Shown one piece after another: positions 1 to 10,400 of a DNA stretch of 64,000 nt. The position numbers were made by a program, and so were the translations under genes. Location: NCBI GenBank assembly GCA_020137815.1, contig CM035352.1, positions 6,014,001 to 6,078,000 of the forward strand, given 5' to 3'. The stretch's first letter is position 1. Each line of letters opens with the position of its first letter. The notes under the pieces were generated by a model that worked only from the letters and a program-made list of their open reading frames with translations, ran no database searches and was not told the origin of the DNA. Origin of the DNA: Hormiphora californensis (lineage: Eukaryota; Animalia; Ctenophora).

Positions 1-134
1 CTCATTTTTTTTGTTTTTTGGGGGCACAACTAATCCTTTGAAGGAATAAAAGTGCTCGACATAACCGACCGAATGCAAAAAGCCGCATCAAAAAATATTG
101 AAAATTGAATGAGTTATTAACATTTAAGGCGCCG

Positions 135-2030
135 TATCATATATGATACTATCGCCCGTAAGGGAATTCTAGTAACAAATCTAAATTGTACAAGTTAGTG
201 GGTGCTATGGCATAAATTTATGCTTTCATGTGGTATGTAGCTACAAAATTCTACAATCGTGAACGGTTTTTAACCAGGAAAAGAGCCCAAATTTGAGATT
301 TGTATCATATATGATACTATCGTCCTAAGGGTAAATTCTCCTAAAACATACATAATTCGGGCTAGAAAAGGAGCTAAGAGACAAATGGGGGCACTAAAAT
401 GTGTAGACTCATCGCATTAGTGGGGGTAGAGCACATATTTAGGTCGCTATCTGGATCCCTAATTGAGATAATTGGATAATTAGCTAATTATCTGTCCCGC
501 GCGTGCTAATTATTCATGAAACTTTGCTCTGGGAAGGAGTTATGAGACAAAAGGGGGCACTAAAATGTGTAGAATCATTACATTAGTGGGGGTAGAGCAC
601 ATATTTAGGTCGCTATCTGGATCCATAATTGAGATAATTGGATAATTAGCTAATTAGTTGCCCTAGAGCGCTAATAAATGAGACTAGGCGGAGTATACAA
701 GACAAGTGAGGGCACTAAAATGTGTAAAATCATCGCCTTAGCGGGGGTAGAGCACATATCTGAGTTTCTATTCCCACTCCTAAAAGAGATAATTGGATAA
801 TTAGCTAATTGACGGTTGCACACCGTCCACTTTTCACCAAATCCCGTGGTTTCTAGGTAATCCTGAGCTCTTTTGCTCAATCTAATGATCTTCTGACAAC
901 GTTTTTGACTCGTTTTACACAATAGTAAAGCACTCGATACAACCCTAGACACTGCCTTAAGCTCTTTAGAACCCTCTTGCTCCATCCTAGACCTCTCATA
1001 CATCCAAGATCCAACTACAATCCTATAGAATTTTTATATCCTATTGCTCCTACAACACGTTCAACCTCTAATGTACTACAGTTTCCCATATTTATTGTTT
1101 GGACACACGGTTATAGGGGTTTAGGGATATTAGGGGATGTCAGAAGATCCTTAGATTGAGCAAAAGAGCTCAGGATTACCTAGAAACCACGGGATTTGGT
1201 GAAAAGTGGACGGTGTGCAACCGTCAATTAGCTAATTATCCAATTATCTCTTTTAGGAGTTGGAATAGAAACTCAGCTATGTGCTCTACCTCCACTAAGG
1301 CGATGATTTTACACATTTTAGTGCCCCTACTTGTCTTGGATACCCCGCAAAGTCTCATTTATTAGCGCTCCAGGGCAACTAATTAGCTAATTATCCAATT
1401 ATCTCAATTATGGATCCAGATAGCGACCTAAATATGTGCTCTACCCCCACTAATGTAATGATTCTACACATTTTAGTGCCCCCTTTTGTCTCATAACTCC
1501 TTCCCAGAGCAAAGTTTCATGAATAATTAGCACGCGCGGGACAGATAATTAGCTAATTGTCCAATTATCTCAATTAGGGATCCAGATAGCGACCTAAATA
1601 TGTGCTCTACCCCCACTAATGCGATGATTCTACACATTTTATTGCCCCCATTTGTCTCTTAGCTCCTTTTCTAGCCCGAATTATGTATGTTTTAGGAGAA
1701 TTTACCCTTAGGACGATAGTATCATATATGATACAAATCTCAAATTTGGGTTCTTTTCCTGGTAAAAACCGTTCACGATTGTAGAACTTGTAGCTAAAAA
1801 CCTCATGAAAGCATGAATTTATGCCATAACACCCACTAACTTGTACAATTTAGATTTGTTACTAGAATTCCCTTACGGACGATAGTATCATATATGCTAC
1901 AGTGGGCCCAGCAAAAACTACATGTCGAAATTACAAATTTCCTTTTCGAGGCGTTTTGTGTTGATAATATCTACTTATATACGAAAAATTAGACAATTCT
2001 ATCGAGCCAATCCTTCTCGCCGTCAAAGGG
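135..2030. mobile_element. Non-autonomous fold-back DNA element with ~765-bp inverted arms (135-898 / 1138-1900) and a piggyBac-like right terminus
   Basis: The arms are near-perfect reverse complements and carry three ~155-168 bp internal subrepeats. The element ends ...CGTCAAAGGG|TTAA (2031-2034), matching the piggyBac CCC terminus and TTAA target. The left terminus is not seen in the window. Confidence 0.7.
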
Positions 2031-3419
2031 TTAATGGGATGCAAGCTTGCAAACTGTGTTTTATTACTTTTTACCATCCCTCCATTATAACACTGCTACC
2101 CTTTCTCTTATTTGAATCAAACAAACGTTCCAATTTCAAGGTGAATAAACATCTAAGTTATTCTTATGGTAAAATTAGAAAGTAAAGGGTTTACTAAATG
2201 AATTAAACCAACAAACTCGAATAATTATTTTATCAATTAATGACAAATAGCCAAGCAATGGTTAATGGATAGCATGATTTCACTTTGTATCCTAATCCCT
2301 TTATGCAAACGTGAAATTCATGAATTCAGTAGTGTGTTCTCGGGGTTAGTACAAATTCATGTATTCAGTTAGGCTTGCTAAATTCATGAATTCTGCAATA
2401 AGTGGGCAGTACATGAATGATTGAATAAGTCTCCCATCTCACTTCTCAATGTGTTGTGTTACAATTAGTTTTACTTGTTCCCCCGCAGGAGAGAGATCGA
2501 AGAATCAAACTTGTGTTTTCAATTCCTCCTAGCTGGGTCAGATCTAATTGGTAGTTGTAATGAGAGATCATAGAGATGTTGTTCGCAGACAGTGCAAACC
2601 TTGCTAAACAAGTCGGTGGTGGATTATCTGAAATTCTTCATGTTTCAGCTTTATGTTTGTCAGTTTCATGTCCTAAATAAGTTCGTAGAAGGTCTTAGAT
2701 CCTGTGGATAACATACTAGGTCCACGGACTAATCACGATGTCCGGCCTCAAACCGTAATGATCAGCCCCAGACATATATCGATCGGTAGGAGATTTCAAC
2801 AATTTGGCAGGCTAGAATTGTTCCGATTCCTTTAATTTGTTTATTTTAACGCTTGACACGCTTGAAATTTCACTGTCTAAGTGAATTGTAACAGTTAATC
2901 CCAGTTCACTTCTACCCCGTACTGGCAGCTATAAACATGGTCTGTCTATAATAATCGACCCAATTATACGACCCCACTACCCCCCCCCCCTCATTCAGTA
3001 TGATACGGTATTCCTGGAAACACGGTGTCAAGAGACTCGTGGTACCTTTCTGTTGATGTAACGGGCCAGTAATTAGACCATGACGGCCCCCAATTGTGTA
3101 CCCGGTATTGGAAGAAAGGGAAAATTATAACCAAAATCACTAGTATATGACGAAATCAGGAACTGGGTGTGCTTCTGTTGGTTGCATGCCGACAATACCT
3201 CATTTCTGGGGTGGTGTTATTGTACATGTTTACAAGGCCCTGGATTAAAGTGCAGGTCCCATTTCCACACCTCCAATGATTATGTTTTCACCTTCCTAAT
3301 CAGCACAGCCCCAATTTTAGTGGATCACCTCCCATTGCAGCAGGGATGAAGAAGAGAGAGAGGGGAGGGAGAGCCGCGCTCTCTCTCCCTCCTAGCAGCA
3401 CAAGCTATCTGCTGCATGC

Positions 3420-3463
3420 TGATTGGTGGGTGGTCACGTGACGTCACAACGCCCCACCAATCA
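3420..3463 (+). promoter_or_regulatory. Probable POU1 proximal promoter: inverted CCAAT boxes flanking an overlapping E-box/CRE
   Basis: TGATTGGTGGG (3420-3430) and CCCACCAATCA (3453-3463) form a perfect inverted pair around GTCACGTGAC (3433-3442) and TGACGTCA (3439-3446), about 110 nt upstream of the Kozak ATG. Confidence 0.55.
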
Positions 3464-3574
3464 CAGAACAGCTACATAGAGGGGAGGGCGGCGCGAGACC
3501 CTTCTAGCTCCTCTCTCTCCCTCCCCAGCTCCACAGTTTATATATTCATAAGTTTGTTCTCTCTCTACTACACC

Positions 3575-4594
3575 ATGAATACGATGATGAGCCCCCTGCA
3601 ACCATCGCACCACCACCACCACCTACTACCGGCTATGGTGAAACCAGATCCCGGTGGCCTCCCTGGTACCAAGATGCACTCCATGGTTCACGACTACTTC
3701 CCACACTACTTCTCTACATCCTCCTCGTCACCATTCTCCCCCATGGTGTCCTTCCACCAGCCTGTATCTGGTGGTGTTCCAGTGTCATCTGCTGCCAGCC
3801 ACTTTATAGGCAGGAGTTGTATCACTGCCCAGCCCCAGGATCTCGCCCAGCTCCACACCCTCCACTCAGCCTCCCACCATCTAAACCAACCGTTCCCGAG
3901 TCATGCCATGGCACGGCACCAGGACCACCAGCCCCTGCCACCCCATCACCATCTCCAGCACGTCCTCTCCTCGCCACCCCGGGAGGAACAGAAGCCTCTC
4001 CTAGCTGGTCTCTTGGACTCCCCACCCGACATGTCAAACCCACCCGAACTGAGGACATTGGAGGAGTTCGCTAATGAGTTCAAGATAAGGAGAATCAAAC
4101 TGGGATACACCCAGACTAATGTTGGTGGTGCCCTGGCCTCCGTTCATGGAACTGACTTCAGTCAAACCACAATTTGCCGCTTCGAGAACCTCCAACTAAG
4201 CTTTAAAAACGCCTGCAAGCTGATGCCCATTCTCAAGAAATGGCTGGAGGAAACAGAGAAATCGGGTCGACATGGACAAGAGATCTCACCAACAGAGCGG
4301 AAGAGGAAACGAAGAACTACCATTGGCATCACAGCTAAAGACAACCTGGAGCAACACTTCGAACGGCAGAGCAAGCCGTCATCCCAGGAAATCCAAGCTA
4401 TTGCAAAGAGTCTAGGTCTTGAGAAGGAGGTTGTACGAGTTTGGTTTTGCAACAGAAGACAACGGGAAAAGAGGGTTAAAACGTCCCTCTCGATCAGTCA
4501 AGAAGGATTTGGGTTTACCTCTCAGCATCTCCAACAGTTTCCTCACCACCATCCCCACCTATCACACGGCCTTCTGATTGGAAAGTTGGAGTGA
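3575..4594 (+). CDS. POU1F1: POU class 1 (Pit-1-like) homeodomain transcription factor, intronless
   Basis: POU-specific domain [55 protein letters not shown] is nearly identical to Pit-1; homeodomain RKRKRRTTI...[15 protein letters not shown]. Start placed at caccATG (3575) rather than the ORF start at 3416. Confidence 0.93.
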   Translation: MNTMMSPLQPSHHHHHLLPAMVKPDPGGLPGTKMHSMVHDYFPHYFSTSSSSPFSPMVSFHQPVSGGVPVSSAASHFIGRSCITAQPQDLAQLHTLHSASHHLNQPFPSHAMARHQDHQPLPPHHHLQHVLSSPPREEQKPLLAGLLDSPPDMSNPPELRTLEEFANEFKIRRIKLGYTQTNVGGALASVHGTDFSQTTICRFENLQLSFKNACKLMPILKKWLEETEKSGRHGQEISPTERKRKRRTTIGITAKDNLEQHFERQSKPSSQEIQAIAKSLGLEKEVVRVWFCNRRQREKRVKTSLSISQEGFGFTSQHLQQFPHHHPHLSHGLLIGKLE

Positions 4595-5084
4595 AGAGAC
4601 TAAATGAACACAGAGACACAGTTCATTGTTCTAGAGAGACTGATTAAGTTGAACACATGACGTGCTGATTGATATTGCTACACTTTACGCAGTTCCGGTT
4701 ACGGACAATTATTGAAGCTTGATAGTATGAAAAACAATGACCAACTAATAGTTGAACTATATCGCTTTCCCTTGGCCTTGCTTATTTTTAGCGAATACCG
4801 GGGCTAGTCTAGCATTGGTAAAGGCCTGTTAATTATGAGCCAATGAGAGACAGGTTCTGTACAGCTGAAGAAGGGCTGTGAGTTGATGAGATGAATTAAT
4901 GTTGATGATTTGGTTTTATTTGTAATATTGTTATTTGTTATTGATATTTTCTCTTTCCCAACTTGCCCAAAATATTTCTGTGTTTACTCACTCTCTAGTG
5001 TCTGGATCAAAGGTGGGAGTTACTGTAAATTGGATCGGTTACAAGCAGCGCTAAAATAAATCCTCAAATTGGATCTTTCCCCCT

Positions 5085-5325
<241 letters not shown>

Positions 5326-5869
5326 CTTGAGCTATGAAAATTCTCGTGTCGGCTCCTTCTGTTGCGGGACTCACTAATTGGTGGAGGCATTGTATCCTCG
5401 GACCCTCTCCGCTTAGAGCAATCAGTTGGGTGTGGTGAGAGAACGGGGCCGTGGGACTCAGGGGGAAAAGTTAAAGAATAGTTAGGGAATAAAATCTATA
5501 TATCAGGGCTCTATAAACTTGAGTCCCTTGACATTGTGTCCGTGTGAACAATTCAACTATAAACGTGATGAGCTGTCCACTTTACTTGAATTGTAGCAAC
5601 CCGCCCTATATTTTACAAGGTGGTCAGGAATCAATATATCCCTTGTGAATACCACAACATCAAGTGATCTAGAAGAAGGCTGTCTCCACTACTCCACGCC
5701 CTTTCGCCACAAAGTTATAGAATATCTCAAGAAGACGTTCTTTATGGGCCGCATTGTTGGGCAGTCTTTTTGACACAACCGCAATTACATTCCTGATTTG
5801 GCGTCACGTGACTTGGGACAATTGTGTTGAGGACTCCTCAGGGTGATAGCTATCATCTCATAGCACCAT

Positions 5870-6040
<171 letters not shown>

Positions 6041-6868
6041 CTCTATCCCTACATAACAATGGGATACCAATAATAGACGGTCCTGCAGTGGATGAGGATT
6101 GAGGGGTAAATCGGGAATGACAATGGCCCCAATACAGTTGTACAGCGTTATATGGACCTCCTCGTTCATGCAGTTATATACCATCATGATCACTGTCACA
6201 CTTTCCATTAATATTAGACGTATGACAGGGTAAAGCCACTTTCGAGAAAATCACCAACGAACTCGAAACATTACTACAGCCCTTTCTTTCTATGGAGGAG
6301 CCCTTTCTTTCTATGGAGGAGCTTTCTATGCTTGCACATCTTTAGACCTGTTAGATTCGTGTAACAGCTCACTATAATATGAAACCCGATAGTTGATTTA
6401 TCAGTCGTTTGAAGATTTTGCACGCTCATGATAACTGCTAGCTGGGGGATTTAACACCCTACTCGCTATTTATCAGACCAGTGCCCTTTTTCACGCGTTT
6501 CTCTTCATTTGAATAACATGCGTGTAAAATTCTAAGTATTGAAAATGTGTGTAAACACACAGTTCTGTCAACAAAAGAAAGGGGAAACATGTCTGCAACA
6601 CGTTTCAATGTTATCTCTCTCATAAGGAGTGAAAAGAATCACATTCCATTCATTTCTCTCTCTCATTGTCTCTTTTACTGTTCACTACCTCTGACAGTGT
6701 GTATTGCCCCTAATCTTTCTCTCTCTTTCTCAAACATGTTAGGAACAGTAGACACTAAGTCTACACACATTTTCAGGGTGTCTGTTAACTATTTGCCAGC
6801 AGTCCTAGTGTGTTTCACCTTGTGTTGTGTCTCTTATTTGTGTGTAATTACTATCGGGTTTCATAAAA

Positions 6869-7061
6869 TATGAACGTTTGTTAGCCTATCGCGTTATAGG
6901 TTTAAATCACCTCCCCCTCACCCTCGGCTGGCGCCTCGGGATCGGCGTCGGGATTTAAACCAGTTTAATCGCCCTGCCGGGCGATTAAACTCCAGTTGGC
7001 TGTCCCCAGCTCGCGCTGGGAACAGCCAACTTCATAACGCGCCAGTCTACAAACGTTCATA
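6869..7061. other. 193-bp multi-hairpin structured element (MITE-like or structured RNA)
   Basis: Outer stem TATGAACGTTTG...CGCGTTAT / ATAACGCG...CAAACGTTCATA encloses three consecutive GC-rich hairpins. Confidence 0.7.
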
Positions 7062-7434
7062 CTTCATATATGAATTGCACAATTAAAACGGTGTAATTAA
7101 AAGAGGAACAGTTGCAGTGAAATTAGCAGCACAATGGGTAGCACATATTAGCACACAAAATGACACAATGAATCTACACAAGTTATACTCTGAGCTCTCT
7201 GGTTAATGACAATAGTGTTGTAAAACTTCACACAATCTCAAAAGTAGGACAAGCTTCTTGTTTTTCACTTCCCCTTTCTCCATCCCTCTCTCTCTCTTCC
7301 CTTGCTGTTGACTTGGGTGGACTTGTAATTATCTCGTTTCTGAATCTGAAAGTTGGCATGAAACGTGAGGGTGGGTAATTGCTAATTAGACCCCATTCTT
7401 TTTCCTGTCAGACAGTTAGGCACCTGATCTACCT

Positions 7435-10400
7435 TCATTCAATAGTATTATCCTCTCCACTAAGACCACCATAAATAGATCCCTTTCCCTTAATCCAAGG
7501 GCACCCTATTTCCCGAATCCCGGTCCCCTCCCCCTCCCTGATCTCCCCTCCCTGATCCCCTCCCTGATCCCCCTCCCTGATCCCATCCCTGATCCCCCCT
7601 TCCTGATCCCCCCTGATCCCCATCCCTGGTCCCATCCCTGATCCCCCCTCCCTGATCCCCTCCCTGATCCCCCTCCCTGATCCCCCCTCCCTGATCCCCC
7701 TTCCTGGTCCCATCCCTGATCCCCCCTTCCTGATCCCCCCTGATCCCCATCCCTGGTCCCATCCCTGATCCCCCCTCCCTGATCCCTGATCCCCTCCCTG
7801 ATCCCCCCTGATCCCCTTCCCTGATCCCCCATCCCTGATCCCCCTCCCTGATCCCCTCCCTGATCCCCTCCCTGATCCCCCCTCCCTAAACCCTGATCCT
7901 TACCGTTAATAGCAGTACACAATTCGCAGGTGAATCTGCAGTTTGATTTCATGAAGTTACTGGAAATGGCATCCCCACACCCAGCTTTACCGTACTGACC
8001 ACACTCTCCGGGTTGAAGATCTCGGCACACTGCAAAAGGTTAGGTCTTGTTGTTTTACTACCTATCTTTCAATCGGTCGGAATGTCGGTATGTCTGTCTG
8101 CCTTTTTTCTGTCATGTTTCTGCCAATCAGTCTGTCTTTTTTCTGTTTATACACATATCTGTCTGTTTTTCTCTATATCTGTTTGTCTGCATCAACAAAC
8201 AACGACTGAAAAACTAACCTCCCCCTGCGTTTTCTGCAATAGCAGGAGTATCGGTGTCTTTGGTGCCAGATACTGTAAACTCAGGGGTAAACATGAATCC
8301 AGATACCCCGCACACGTTCCCATGCTCACGTGTAAAGAACACGTATCCGTTCTGTCCCCAGTCAAAACCCCAACTGAGAGAGGGAGAGTGGTTATAGCGG
8401 CCCTAACTACTAGCTGTTTCCTGGCCCAATTGCTACGGTTCCATTTGAAATTGCTTATTCTGGCTAGTTCATGTTCTGGTTGATTTCATTTCGTTGCCAT
8501 GTTAACCCTGTCACCATGGCAACCATATAGTAATCATGGTAACCATTTTACAGTACCTGTTTCTAAGGATGATGTATTGTGAGGTATATCCCACAGCTAC
8601 CACCCCGTGATTTACACTGGATCCACAGTCAGGTTTATAGTACACTCCAGTACCGTACTGGAACAAATCATTCTCAGCTCTGTATTGGGAGATCACATGG
8701 GTATCATTGGTTATGTAGACACAAGATAGTCTGAACAACACAACACAGTTGCAGTCTGAACAACTAAATTCAAGACAGTCTAATTACAACTCAACTCCCA
8801 ATTATACCTGAGGGCTATGGAGACAGGTCCATCTTGTAGAGCTGCTACCATCTGGTCGAATGATGGGTTCTTGGTCACTACAAAGTTGTCCATTGTAGCA
8901 CCTGTCATAGCATTCCTAGTTCCAGCTGCCTTGCACGCACCATCTGAGAGAAGAGACTTTATTCAGAAACCATGTTAATGATAGTTTGGAACAATGAGGG
9001 AAGTTGTTCTAACACTCCTTTACATTTCGCGAAAAGAGGGTCGAGCTAGACAAGATGGAGACGTTTCATAGATGACGTTTTGGGTTTTTGGAGGGGAACA
9101 GAAAGGTCCTTTAGTGTATACATTGACCGTTTAAACTCCATGACGGCACCGCTCGGAATCGTTTTCGGAGATTCCCAAATAGGGACTGAAGTTAACTACC
9201 TGGACATCAAGTTCAATCTCAATAACACGGGCTTGGACTATACTTTGTTTAGGAAGGAGACTGATGCACGCCTCTATCTGAAGACAGACAGTTTCCATCC
9301 CCAACATGTCTTCAGATCTGTTGTAATGTCCCAGATGATTCGAGTTGTTAACCGGAATTCTAGACCCTCACCTCTGAAAAGAGATTTAGACCAACTTAAG
9401 AGGGATTTGATGAGGAGTGGTCATGAGGAAGTGCTCCTGGAGGAAATGGAGCCCTTGGCGAAACGGAGGGCGACCGGTGAGGTAAGGATGGACAAACATG
9501 GTAAGGAGGAGGGTCAGACTTTGATATTCAGCACCCTCTACTATGAGGAGGTAGATGAACTTCGGGCCTTGGTGAGGGACTGTCAGACCAGTATCGACCT
9601 GGTGACAGGTACTAAAACCCGGGTGATCATAGCACTCAGAAAAGGCCCTACTATTGGTAGCGAAATAGTTAGGAATAGGGCTATGAGCGTAAGTGAGGAC
9701 ACTCTGCACCAAATGTCAGTAGCTCCTCCGAACCAAAAGTGCGGTGGCAAGGGCTGTAAGACTTGCCCACTTATGTTCGAGGATCCTAAATCAGTGACGG
9801 TTAACGGCTCTCCTACCAGATTGGACATGAGGTTAACATGCAAAGCAGCGGGGGTGATTTATGTCGCTAAATGTACAATTTGTGAGGAATGTTACTTTGG
9901 ACAGACCCACTCACCCTTCCATATCCGGATAAACGGACACCGCTCGAAATTCAAAACCACCGGACTCGAATTTGAGCAAAGTGCTTTAGCGTACCACATG
10001 TTCCTAAAACACCGTAGCGCTAATAAGGACGATTTCACCATTAGCAATTTTAAAGTTGGTATTGTGAAGAGTGGTCGCGCAACCGATCTCGATAGATTGG
10101 AAGAGGGTTATATTGACTCGTATGGAACTAGGTTGCAGGGTCTTAATCGTATCGCGGTCGTTCGTTAATTTTTGGTCTGGGACGTCTCCCGAGTTTTTAT
10201 CTTTGGCCTGTTTCATTTTTTCTATATATTTTTTTTCGCGTCGTTTTAGTTTTATCGTGTGTTTTCTAACATTTATCGTTGTAGGGATGTTACTGATGAT
10301 GATTTAATATCGAAAGTGCTTTAACGCCCCCAAATCTACTGTGTGTTCCTTCGACTCCAAACCATTTCATAAGAGGGTAGTTGTCTAGATTCGGGTTTTA

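Noticed and set aside
671-1365. Mirrored ORFs SKRAQDYLETTGFGEKW... on both strands
   Set aside because: They arise from the inverted repeat arms and show no recognisable protein motifs.
3416-3574. N-terminal 53 aa of the POU ORF
   Set aside because: Overlaps promoter-like motifs and CT-rich sequence; caccATG at 3575 is the better start.
7490-7900. Gly-rich GDQGG repeat as a C-terminal extension of the ShKT exon
   Set aside because: A strong G|GTAAGG donor at 7903 and an AG acceptor at 7506 remove it; it is an intronic minisatellite.
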